Shown one piece after another: positions 9,060 through 17,523 of a stretch of DNA of 64,000 bases. Within the stretch, counting starts at the first letter, position 1, and every line of letters begins with the position of its first letter. Under the pieces are notes generated by a model, which did not search any database, had not been told where the DNA came from, and saw only the letters and a list, made by a program, of their open reading frames with translations. Position numbers and translations under genes: made by a program. The DNA comes from a virus. Where the stretch lies: the IMG/VR virus record IMGVR_UViG_3300031519_006853, positions 96,001-160,000 of that record. One strand, written 5' to 3'.

Positions 9060-9157
9060 TTGTTAATAACTTTTTAAAATAACTACGAAAGTATGGCCGG
9101 AATCGCATAGAATTGATTATATTTATATTATAAATAATTAATTAAAACAAAACGGAA
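9060..9157 (+). promoter_or_regulatory. Repeated ~100-bp promoter cassette, copy 1 (subtype A)
   Basis: TTGTTAATAACTTTTTAAAATAAC...TATGGCCGGAATCGC...TTGATTATATTTATA...AAAACGGAA-ATG. Confidence 0.8.
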
Positions 9158-9619
9158 ATGGCAACAATTACAGAACACAGATCAGAATTAGGAAACGGAT
9201 TTTCAATCACTCAACAAGTAAAAGGTAAGCAATACAAATTTCATGCTCATAACCACGGATTATGCTGGGATAAGGAATATGACTACCAAGTTATTACAAA
9301 ATGCCAAGCTGGGTTTTTTACTGTATCAACAGGAAAATCTAAACTAAGTCATATTGTTACAGGTTATAAGACAAACAAATTACATACTGTACAACTTAAA
9401 AATGATAATGGTTTTTATCTAACTGCTCTTGCAATAAAAGGTGGTAAATTCTATTTAATAGATAAAGAAATCCTAGAATGTTTAACAGTAGGAGATATTC
9501 ATTCTAACTTTCCTGCAATGGCTGATCATAATCATTGGAAAAACATCGGTTCTAAAACATGGGCAGATCCAGCATACGGAATGTTAGTTAACTCCACAGT
9601 GGAATTTCAAAATTGTTAA
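9158..9619 (+). CDS. Hypothetical early protein
   Basis: ORF directly downstream of a cassette. Confidence 0.7.
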   Translation: MATITEHRSELGNGFSITQQVKGKQYKFHAHNHGLCWDKEYDYQVITKCQAGFFTVSTGKSKLSHIVTGYKTNKLHTVQLKNDNGFYLTALAIKGGKFYLIDKEILECLTVGDIHSNFPAMADHNHWKNIGSKTWADPAYGMLVNSTVEFQNC

Positions 9620-9713
9620 TAACTTTTTAAAAATAACTGTCTAAGTATGGCCAGAATCGCATAGAAATGATTATATTTATATTAATAATAACAATAACAA
9701 AAACGGAAACATT
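9613..9713 (+). promoter_or_regulatory. Promoter cassette copy 2 (subtype A)
   Basis: Same blocks; middle block TATGGCCAGAATCGC. Confidence 0.8.
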
Positions 9714-10064
9714 ATGAACAACGCATTTGAAACTAAAGCAAATTACAAGGAGTCAGTAACAGTATTAAGAACTCAGATTAAATCTCTGAAAAGTTTGGTT
9801 AAATGTTGCAAAGAAGAACGTGCAACTATCAAACCTATTATAGATGAAAAGGTAAATATGCTGAAGTACATATCAGGTTTGAAATCATGGAACTTTAATT
9901 TTGAAGGTGGTGGTTGGAATTCTAATGTTGCTAAGACCAAAGAAGAATCAATTAAGAAGGCAAAGAAAATGTATAATGCAAGTAAACATACTCAGGTTTC
10001 TGAAACTAGTTTCCGAGTTGCTACTGATGCTGATACAAAAAACTTATTATCGTTATTTTACTAA
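9714..10064 (+). CDS. Hypothetical early protein
   Basis: ORF downstream of a cassette. Confidence 0.7.
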   Translation: MNNAFETKANYKESVTVLRTQIKSLKSLVKCCKEERATIKPIIDEKVNMLKYISGLKSWNFNFEGGGWNSNVAKTKEESIKKAKKMYNASKHTQVSETSFRVATDADTKNLLSLFY

Positions 10065-10157
10065 TTGTTAATAACTTTTTGAAAATAACAAGAATTTATA
10101 GTTCAGAATCACAAAAAAAGTATTATATTTATACTATAATTAAAAAACGGAAATAAT
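10065..10157 (+). promoter_or_regulatory. Promoter cassette copy 3 (subtype B)
   Basis: Same blocks; middle block TATAGTTCAGAATC. Confidence 0.8.
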
Positions 10158-11036
10158 ATGAAAAAAGTTCAAAAAATCAAATCAAGGCTAACTCAGATTA
10201 GCAATGTCAAATATGAGAAAGGTTTATTCGAGGCTCATAAAACAAATACACCATTAGACGGATTATTTAGTATTGATGGCGGAGTTCCAAAAGCAACTAA
10301 CTGGATGGTAGTTGGAGATCCTGGTGTTGGTAAATCTACTGTAACACTAGATATTATTGCAAATGCAAAAAAGACTGGATCTAAAGTACTATTCATCTCA
10401 GCTGAAATGAACCAGGTGGATCTTTACCTTTATGTTAAAAGGTATCCTAAGTTCGGAGAATTAGATATATTCTTTCCACAAGAAATAGAAGACAATGAGG
10501 ATCCGAAACAAGTATTAGAAGAAATACTAAATGAAGGCTATGATATAGTTTTAATAGATTCATTTGTTGAACTACAAGAAACAATCCGAGAATCAGGCAG
10601 AATGACCAGAAACAGTTCAGAAAAATACTTATTGGATTTAATGTACAAACAAAACCTAGGAGCTAATAAAGCTAAATGCTTTACATCATTCCTTAATATA
10701 CAACAAGTAAATAAAGGTGGAACATTTGTAGGATCCAACAAACTGAAACATATGACTACTGGTATGATGGAGATAAGGTTCGTAGATGAAAGGGATCAGG
10801 AGGAAAGGTATGTTACCTTTAGTAAAAACCGTCGCGGTCATGTCGGGAAGCAAATGTACTTCGATCTCTCTGCTAGTGGTAATGTAACATATGATACTGA
10901 AAGGTTCAAGAAAGCTGAAGGATTAAAACAATTAAAGAAAGCTGAAAAAGAAAAAATCAAAAAATCAGGTTTACAATTCGATGCTCTATTCGGATTAGAT
11001 AAAGATCAAGAAGAAGGTGAAACAACGAATAAATAA
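10158..11036 (+). CDS. RecA-superfamily ATPase (RadA/Sms- or KaiC-like)
   Basis: Walker A GDPGVGKST, FISAEM, Walker B VLIDS, KNRRG. Confidence 0.8.
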   Translation: MKKVQKIKSRLTQISNVKYEKGLFEAHKTNTPLDGLFSIDGGVPKATNWMVVGDPGVGKSTVTLDIIANAKKTGSKVLFISAEMNQVDLYLYVKRYPKFGELDIFFPQEIEDNEDPKQVLEEILNEGYDIVLIDSFVELQETIRESGRMTRNSSEKYLLDLMYKQNLGANKAKCFTSFLNIQQVNKGGTFVGSNKLKHMTTGMMEIRFVDERDQEERYVTFSKNRRGHVGKQMYFDLSASGNVTYDTERFKKAEGLKQLKKAEKEKIKKSGLQFDALFGLDKDQEEGETTNK

Positions 11037-11037
11037 A

Positions 11038-11149
11038 TTGTTAATAACTTTAGAAAAATAACTTATATTTATAGTTCAGAAACAGTAAAAATTGATTATA
11101 TTTATACTATATTAATTAAACAAATAACAAAAACAAAAAAGTAAAAATT
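11038..11149 (+). promoter_or_regulatory. Promoter cassette copy 4 (subtype B)
   Basis: TTGTTAATAACTT...TATAGTTCAGAAAC...TTGATTATATTTATA. Confidence 0.8.
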
Positions 11150-12307
11150 ATGAAAGAATTAACTACATTATCGCCAACTGCATTCGCCGCCCGTAAAGCC
11201 GAAGCTGTTAGGAACGAAGTAATGAGAAAAGAAATCAGTTTATCTGAGTTCAATGTAATCGACAATACTCATATCGAGGTTGACGGAGTAAAAATAGAAT
11301 TAACACCATTTGCCTTCAAAAGGTTATTAGGTAGGTTAAGAATACCAACGGCATTTGCTAAAAGGTTCGAAACAGGATTTGGTTCTGATGGACTACAACA
11401 ATTAGTACAGATGATGAAAACTATGAAATCATCTAAGAATGATCAAACTGTAACTCTATTGGTTGATCCAAGAGCAAAGAAAGTTACTAACATATTACCT
11501 GCAGGTTATGCAAGTATTAGTAATGAAGCATTCATTGATTTTGCTGAAGGGTATATCAATCAATACGGATTAGAGGTTAAGGACTTCGGTTCAGATCCAA
11601 ACGGTGGAGCTACAATTAACTGTGTATCTCCTAACTCTGTCTTTTCTGTTCCAGGAATGTCGGATGAAGTATTTAATACTGGTGTAACATTCAGAAATAC
11701 CCCAACCAGAGGATTAGAAGTATCGCCTTATCTAAACCGATTAGTTTGCTCAAATGGTATGTCATCAACATCATTCTCTGAAACATACGGTTTACATGAA
11801 CTAACTGATAAATCAATTAGAGAATTTAATGATCATATGATTAACATGGCATCTACAGGATTTCAACCTGTAGGATTAGCTGACAAAATTAAAATGGCAA
11901 ATAACACTGATGCATCAATTGCTGAAGTACAACGCGCAATGTCCGCTATGTTATCAACTGATAAAAAAATTGATTTTGATTACATGCAAAGGTACTTACC
12001 AATTAACCGAGTTATGAAAGCATACTCTGATATTGGAGCTGAACCATCTACCTTTACTACAAAGCAATTACAAAATGCTAAATCAGGTTTATCAATCTGG
12101 GAAGTAGTAAACGGTATAACAAACTTTGCATCCAATGATGAAAAATACAATATAGATGATCACAAAACTGGTAATCTAATGGTATCAGCTGGAAACCTTT
12201 TAATGAAAAAGAATTTTGATACTGAAGCTCTGATTCAATTTGATCCATTTGCAAATAAGCAATTGCTAAATGAAAATGAATCTGCTCGCCTAATGGGACA
12301 AGCATAA
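11150..12307 (+). CDS. DUF932-like protein
   Basis: YASISN and RLVCSNGM motifs characteristic of DUF932/DUF945-type phage proteins. Confidence 0.55.
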   Translation: MKELTTLSPTAFAARKAEAVRNEVMRKEISLSEFNVIDNTHIEVDGVKIELTPFAFKRLLGRLRIPTAFAKRFETGFGSDGLQQLVQMMKTMKSSKNDQTVTLLVDPRAKKVTNILPAGYASISNEAFIDFAEGYINQYGLEVKDFGSDPNGGATINCVSPNSVFSVPGMSDEVFNTGVTFRNTPTRGLEVSPYLNRLVCSNGMSSTSFSETYGLHELTDKSIREFNDHMINMASTGFQPVGLADKIKMANNTDASIAEVQRAMSAMLSTDKKIDFDYMQRYLPINRVMKAYSDIGAEPSTFTTKQLQNAKSGLSIWEVVNGITNFASNDEKYNIDDHKTGNLMVSAGNLLMKKNFDTEALIQFDPFANKQLLNENESARLMGQA

Positions 12308-12377
12308 TATCCCAATCAACCAAAGGATGAGGTTAGTAGTTTAGATTTCCGTTTATCTACTAATCAAAAATCCACCG

Positions 12378-12414
12378 AAGGCATCTGGGTAACATTACTC
12401 AGGTGCCTTTTTTT
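12378..12414 (+). terminator. Rho-independent terminator
   Basis: Long stem AAGGCATCTGGGTA-ACAT-TACTCAGGTGCCTT followed by a T tract. Confidence 0.8.
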
Positions 12415-12434
12415 GTTTAACCATATATACTAAA

Positions 12435-12551
12435 ATGGATCCAAAGGAAAAAGACTATATCGACAAGTACGACGACACGGAAAATTCCGAATACGATAGC
12501 ATCAGTGTACCAAAAGAAACAGAGTACAACGATGATGATTACGATTATTAA
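12435..12551 (+). CDS. 38-aa highly acidic peptide
   Basis: MDPKEKDYIDKYDDTENSEYDSISVPKETEYNDDDYDY*. Confidence 0.5.
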   Translation: MDPKEKDYIDKYDDTENSEYDSISVPKETEYNDDDYDY

Positions 12552-12570
12552 CCAAACTTAAATATATCTT

Positions 12571-13425
12571 ATGAAAAACTTAATTAAATTAATCTGCATA
12601 GTAGTCTTATTTTTATCAGTAAATAGCTGTGGCGTCTCATGGCAAATACAATCAGTAAACCAAGCTGCTCAGGTAGATACTTTATATGATGTTGATGTAA
12701 TTACCTCTAGGAGACAATTAGATTGGAAAATGCAAAGAGATTGGAACTTTGCTAATAACTATTATTCTTTCCTACAACAACAAAACTACTCATTCTTTGT
12801 AGATCAATATTATAGTAATAGACTATATAGATTCGGATGGAATGGACCGCATGATTATTGGATGAATTGGCAATGGAACTGGCACTCAGGTTATAGCAAT
12901 AGTTGGATGTGGAATCAGTATCCTTATTATGGTAATTGGGGATCAAGTCAGTGGCACTATTATCAGAACTCAGGCCATTGGGGATACTCTCAAATTTATG
13001 GTCCAAGAACTCAGTATTTAGGAAATGTATATGGTAGTCGATATGGTCGTAGATCCTCAAATAGATCTCCCCTGTTTAATTCTAATTCTAGTAGATCTAG
13101 TATATTATTAGACTCAAAGGTCAGCACATCTGAAAGTCGCACATATAATCTAAATACAGCGTCACCAATACAAAATTCAATTATCCGTAACAACTCTAAA
13201 CCACGTGTGCTACCAAACTCAAAACCACCAATAGTCAACAACAAACCTGTAATAATCAACAAACCAATTATTCGTAATAACAACAGGCCAGTAATCAACA
13301 ATAGTAATAGCAAGCCAAGGATCAATAATTCCAGCTCTCGCCCTAATTTTAATCGACCAGTTAGTAGACCAAGTGTTCCAAAAACAAACAGTAATACTAA
13401 TAGAAAAGGCAAGAACCCTAGATAG
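12571..13425 (+). CDS. Putative lipoprotein with aromatic low-complexity region and basic tail
   Basis: Signal peptide plus SVNSC lipobox; W/Y/N/G-rich middle; N/R/S/P-rich C-terminus. Confidence 0.7.
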   Translation: MKNLIKLICIVVLFLSVNSCGVSWQIQSVNQAAQVDTLYDVDVITSRRQLDWKMQRDWNFANNYYSFLQQQNYSFFVDQYYSNRLYRFGWNGPHDYWMNWQWNWHSGYSNSWMWNQYPYYGNWGSSQWHYYQNSGHWGYSQIYGPRTQYLGNVYGSRYGRRSSNRSPLFNSNSSRSSILLDSKVSTSESRTYNLNTASPIQNSIIRNNSKPRVLPNSKPPIVNNKPVIINKPIIRNNNRPVINNSNSKPRINNSSSRPNFNRPVSRPSVPKTNSNTNRKGKNPR

Positions 13426-13499
13426 ATCTGTATATACCTCTGAGCAATCGCGTATACTAGTAATACCATAATATCGGGTAGTATCTCATATTCCTTTCA

Positions 13500-13812
13500 G
13501 TACTATCAGTTAATCCGTTCCGGGAGTCCGATACGCTGAAACTGGCTCATGACTTACAGTTCCAGAGTACTGTGATATATACTAGCTTAAATGGTCCTTT
13601 TCTGTACTCCTGTGATAACCTTTTATCTACTCTAAGTACTCTCATTAACTGTAAGTACACTCAAACGGCCTTTCCAGTGGTCAATGTCTAGTTGAGAAAT
13701 CCAAATCATTCGGCACATGCTAACACCTGACCTAGGCCTCCAGAATCCTACCGAGCTGAATCTGTACTCTGAAGAATCACCAAGATGTACTCATATAGCT
13801 ATAATACTGTAC
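13500..13812. repeat. Non-coding tract with eight GTAC(T) motifs
   Basis: GTAC at 13500, 13567, 13604, 13636, 13655, 13764, 13787, 13809. Confidence 0.7.
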
Positions 13813-13845
13813 TTAGACAGGAAATACCCTGGTTGAGCGAAGCAA

Positions 13846-13940
13846 TTGTTAATAACTTTTTGAAAATAACTGCCTGGTTATGGCTACAATCGCATAGAAT
13901 TGATTATATTTATATTATAATAATTAAAACAAACGGAAAT
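13846..13940 (+). promoter_or_regulatory. Promoter cassette copy 5 (subtype A)
   Basis: Same blocks; middle block TATGGCTACAATCGC. Confidence 0.8.
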
Positions 13941-14333
13941 ATGAAAATTCAAAATTTTGCAAAAGGTAATCTACAAACCCTTAGAGTAGACATGGACAAA
14001 GCACTACAATCAGTTGCTAAGAAATACGGTATTACAATCCACGCTGGTAACGCTAGCTTCAGTGGTAACGAATGTACCTTCAAAGTTAAATGCAATACAG
14101 TAGGATCTGATGGTACTGCTATTACTAGGGAAGCTACTAACTGGGATCGCTATAAAGGACTCCACGGTATGGATCATCTAAATGTTGGTGATACTATTAC
14201 TATCCAAGGTTCTCCTTATATACTAACAGGATTTAATAGTAGAGCAAGAAAGGCTCCTATTAATTTTAAGAACTCAGCAGGCTCTGGTTATAAATGTTCA
14301 GTAAGAATGTTACTAATGGAAAACTCTAAATAA
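13941..14333 (+). CDS. Hypothetical early protein
   Basis: Start reassigned from 13785 to the ATG after the cassette (MKIQNFAKGN...). Confidence 0.7.
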   Translation: MKIQNFAKGNLQTLRVDMDKALQSVAKKYGITIHAGNASFSGNECTFKVKCNTVGSDGTAITREATNWDRYKGLHGMDHLNVGDTITIQGSPYILTGFNSRARKAPINFKNSAGSGYKCSVRMLLMENSK

Positions 14334-14334
14334 T

Positions 14335-14592
14335 ATGGCAATGAATCTACAGTATATTTCGGAAGAATCGGTACAACAATTTATAGATGGAATGGATGAG
14401 GTTACAACTGAATCTCTTCTAGAAGATCCAGGAGTTGAGGAACTACTAACTGGCTCTGTACCTCCACAAATACAGGAGCACGATAATCCTCTTGGTACTA
14501 TAGAATCCTTTCTACAACTTTTTATAGATCGTGAGGAATATGAGATTTGTGCTAAACTGGTCGAGGTACATCCAGAGCTATGCAAAAACTAG
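14335..14592 (+). CDS. Small acidic protein with C-terminal UVR-like motif
   Basis: FIDREEYEICAKL. Confidence 0.5.
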   Translation: MAMNLQYISEESVQQFIDGMDEVTTESLLEDPGVEELLTGSVPPQIQEHDNPLGTIESFLQLFIDREEYEICAKLVEVHPELCKN

Positions 14593-15300
14593 GCAAAATA
14601 TGATGTAAAAACACTCCTTTTTAGGGTGCTAATACCAGGTCTTCTAGACAGCCGCTCTAGAGGGCCTATATTAGTGTGTTATTTGGGCACTATTTGGGCA
14701 TATATAGCCTATATAGAGCGTCCAGTATCGTCAACTATCGTCTAGACCGCCCTATATACACCCTCTAGAGCACTAATATAGCCTATATGGCACCCTATTG
14801 TCCGCTCGAGTCAGCTACATGCCGCTAGTATCGTCATATATAGGTATATAGGGTCCATAGACTGCTATAGCCGCTAACCTCACGCCACAGACCAAAATAG
14901 CCTGCTACGACCACCACAGCACTAAAACAACTACTAAATCATCAATAACCCTAGTACGGTCTAGACAGGCTATAGGGCTCGCTGGACCACCCTAGCAAGC
15001 AACTACCATAGTATAGCAACAAGACAAGCAACTAGCTATATAGTAGACTAGTGGTAGTGGTAGCCATGTGGTAGTGGTCAACCAGGCAATGGTAGCAAGA
15101 GAGCAATAAAGTGAATCTTTCTCTTAAGGTGTATTTTTCTCTTGGGAATCTAGAGGTCTACTGGGCGCATGACTTTTACTAGTCCAGAAATTTCCAGCCA
15201 GAAAAAAGAGCTAGTCCAGATATGTGAACCGATTGCTATGTCTATTCGGATCATTTCTAGTCTGGAAAAAATTGGGCCCGAAAAAAATATGACTAAATAA
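14589..15300. other. Long non-coding, repeat-rich, CTAG-rich tract (candidate terminus, packaging or origin region)
   Basis: No long ORF; visibly less AT-rich than the flanking genes; 15 CTAG sites and many short direct and inverted repeats. Confidence 0.55.
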
Positions 15301-15370
15301 ACTCTTACTACACTTTCAGTTACCTACAGGACTTGTTATAATTATATTAAACAATAACTAATAAAAGACT

Positions 15371-15529
15371 ATGTACGAAGCACTCACTCAAAACTCAACT
15401 GACTTAACAAGTATCTCTCATACCCTCGAAGCTATCAGTCTATCGTTGCAACTCCTAGTATACATGGGGATCTGTATTACGGTAGTATACACTGGTAACA
15501 AAATTAATAATTGGACTAAGAAGGCATAA
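15371..15529 (+). CDS. Small membrane protein
   Basis: 52-aa ORF MYEALTQN... with a hydrophobic stretch. Confidence 0.5.
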   Translation: MYEALTQNSTDLTSISHTLEAISLSLQLLVYMGICITVVYTGNKINNWTKKA

Positions 15530-15531
15530 GC

Positions 15532-15915
15532 ATGAAACTATTATACTGTAATACCTGCAGGGACATCGTGAAACTATCAAGAACTACCAGAACTTGCCAA
15601 TGCGGCGCGACTGGTGGACACTATAAGGAAGACGGATTAAACGCGATCTATTACGGTCCTGCTATTCCATTAGGTTTCGCTAACTCTAGTTTCCGTGATG
15701 CTCGAGATAATCAACCTGAGTTTGGTATGGGTACTGTCTACAACGCATTTGTTATTCCGAAGGTCTGTCCGACTATGGAACATGTAGATCTATTAGATTA
15801 TACAGAAGTTTTTGATATTGAGGAAGATGAGTACAGTGTTGATATTATGATGGCAAGAGCTGAGGATGAAAGAAAACAACGTAAACTTAGAAATGTATTT
15901 AAAGATGAAGACTAA
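15532..15915 (+). CDS. Hypothetical zinc-binding protein
   Basis: CNTC...CQCG. Confidence 0.6.
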   Translation: MKLLYCNTCRDIVKLSRTTRTCQCGATGGHYKEDGLNAIYYGPAIPLGFANSSFRDARDNQPEFGMGTVYNAFVIPKVCPTMEHVDLLDYTEVFDIEEDEYSVDIMMARAEDERKQRKLRNVFKDED

Positions 15916-16042
15916 AGTAATTAAATTTTGTGAAGGTTGCTTATACGGCGTAGGATATGGATTTATGATTGCAATGGGACTACTGATTATTTGTAGTATC
16001 TCATTTGCTTTCTATAATTTGTTCTTAGAGCTGTTTAGTTAA
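15905..16042 (+). CDS. Small membrane protein
   Basis: 45-aa hydrophobic ORF. Confidence 0.45.
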   Translation: MKTKVIKFCEGCLYGVGYGFMIAMGLLIICSISFAFYNLFLELFS

Positions 16043-16126
16043 CTATGTGCTTTCAGAGTATAAAATGTGCGACAGATGTGCGACCGCCCTATAAAGAATG
16101 CAAGTATTAATAATAAATATAGAAAT

Positions 16127-16303
16127 ATGAATAAATGGAATAAGATAAAAAAAGAAGGCTGGCTAGCTTGTATGTTAGTGGGCATCTCTTTATTGACATG
16201 GGCAATTAGCCAAGGGGAATGTTTTACTGGACATATACCTTTAGCATGTTTACTCCTCATCTTTGGGGTGGCGGCAGAAACTTCTAATACTAAAGGAGAA
16301 TGA
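16127..16303 (+). CDS. Small membrane protein
   Basis: Two hydrophobic segments; start reassigned to MNKWNKIK. Confidence 0.5.
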   Translation: MNKWNKIKKEGWLACMLVGISLLTWAISQGECFTGHIPLACLLLIFGVAAETSNTKGE

Positions 16304-16470
16304 ATAATACACTAACTGAAATAGAACAAATAGAACAAGTACTAACTGAAGCACATGCATATAATCTTAGATCTGAGGTTAAGGCAACAGCTGAGGCATT
16401 TATATTAGATGATCAACATTTAAGTAAAATCGCAGCTTACAACATGGCTTATATACAATGGGTGGAATAA
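16300..16470 (+). CDS. Small hypothetical protein
   Basis: 56-aa ORF with ATGA overlap that fills the gap. Confidence 0.5.
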   Translation: MNNTLTEIEQIEQVLTEAHAYNLRSEVKATAEAFILDDQHLSKIAAYNMAYIQWVE

Positions 16471-16661
16471 TGGCAACAATTAATATAATAGCAATTTACT
16501 TATTATGCGGAGTTATATTTTCTGCAGGTTTTGAATACTTAATGAAAAGGATGGGTACTCCTGACCGAGAAAACACTACAAATTACCAGAGAGTTGTTTG
16601 GATTACTATATGGCCTTATTGTATATTCAAATTTTTCATGGGATATACAGGAAATGATTAA
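16470..16661 (+). CDS. Small membrane protein
   Basis: IYLLCGVIF...ITIWPYCIF; start taken at the TAATG overlap. Confidence 0.55.
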   Translation: MATINIIAIYLLCGVIFSAGFEYLMKRMGTPDRENTTNYQRVVWITIWPYCIFKFFMGYTGND

Positions 16662-16676
16662 TAAAATATATTAGAA

Positions 16677-16928
16677 ATGAGTAGATACAATTCAAGAATG
16701 CATGGAGTAACAGAAGACAACGTACATGTTGATCTTAATTGGGGTTTTGATGATGTACTAGGTTATTGGTATGACATTATAGAAACAAGAGATGGTGAGC
16801 AAACTATTATAGAAGATTGGTCATCAACAGTAAACGGTGGAACTCGTAGTACAATGCTAGAATTTTTAATAAAGTATAATTGCCCAAAAGAACATCGTAG
16901 CATGGTAGCATTAGATATGGCATTTTAA
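16677..16928 (+). CDS. Hypothetical protein
   Basis: ORF track; in the main direction of transcription. Confidence 0.6.
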   Translation: MSRYNSRMHGVTEDNVHVDLNWGFDDVLGYWYDIIETRDGEQTIIEDWSSTVNGGTRSTMLEFLIKYNCPKEHRSMVALDMAF

Positions 16929-16937
16929 ATAATGAAT

Positions 16938-17022
16938 GCCGCTGTGATGGAATTGGTAGACATGACAGACTTAAAATCTGTTGAGCTGAAAGCTCGTGGC
17001 GGTTCGAGTCCGCCCAGCGGTA
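16938..17022 (+). tRNA. tRNA-Leu(UAA)
   Basis: Acceptor GCCGCTG/CAGCGGT, D loop AATTGGTA, anticodon arm ACAGA-CTTAAAA-TCTGT, long variable arm, GTTCGAGTC. Confidence 0.95.
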
Positions 17023-17040
17023 CTATAAAATAATAAAGAT

Positions 17041-17217
17041 ATGAATAAAAAACTAAATAGAGGAAACGGTTATATTGGTGGGGTCTGCCAAGGATTAGGA
17101 GAGTGGTCAGGAATACCTTCAATCTTATGGAGGGTTGGCTTTCTATTTTTTATACCAGCAGCTTTTTGGATATATGTTACATTGTGGATTTTTATTGAAA
17201 AAGACTTTCAGAATTAA
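17041..17217 (+). CDS. pspC: PspC-domain protein
   Basis: KKLNRGNGYIGGVCQGLGEWSGIPSILWRVGF...YVTLWIFIE matches the PspC pattern (R...IxGVCxGLxxxxG..R). Confidence 0.8.
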   Translation: MNKKLNRGNGYIGGVCQGLGEWSGIPSILWRVGFLFFIPAAFWIYVTLWIFIEKDFQN

Positions 17218-17264
17218 ACTAAATAGATTATAATTATATTATAACAATTAAACTATAAAATAAC

Positions 17265-17522
17265 ATGGCAGAATTTAAAAATGGCGATAAAGTAAAATGG
17301 ATTGTACCAATGAGTTGTGTACCTCATCCTGAAGGAAAAACTGATAGAAAGGGAGAAGTACTTCCAGTGTTCAGAGATAAAGAATTTATTGGCGAGATAA
17401 TTTCATTATGTGGTAATGGGAAAATACAAGTTAGACCTGAAGGTTTAACATGCGAACTACCAAAAGGTATACCATCTTACTATGATCAGAATATTTCAAA
17501 AAATAACTTAACACTGGTTTAG
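17265..17522 (+). CDS. Hypothetical protein
   Basis: ORF track. Confidence 0.6.
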   Translation: MAEFKNGDKVKWIVPMSCVPHPEGKTDRKGEVLPVFRDKEFIGEIISLCGNGKIQVRPEGLTCELPKGIPSYYDQNISKNNLTLV

Positions 17523-17523
17523 T

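Noticed and set aside
12752-13469. Minus-strand ORFs 12752-13060 and 13011-13469
   Set aside because: Antisense to the low-complexity lipoprotein; the Leu-rich translation reflects the Asn/Lys codons on the sense strand
13785-13940. N-terminal extension of the ORF-track gene 13785-14333
   Set aside because: It reads through the promoter cassette; ATG 13941 follows the conserved leader
16925-17122. Minus-strand ORF containing PLGGLEPP
   Set aside because: Typical antisense translation of a tRNA gene
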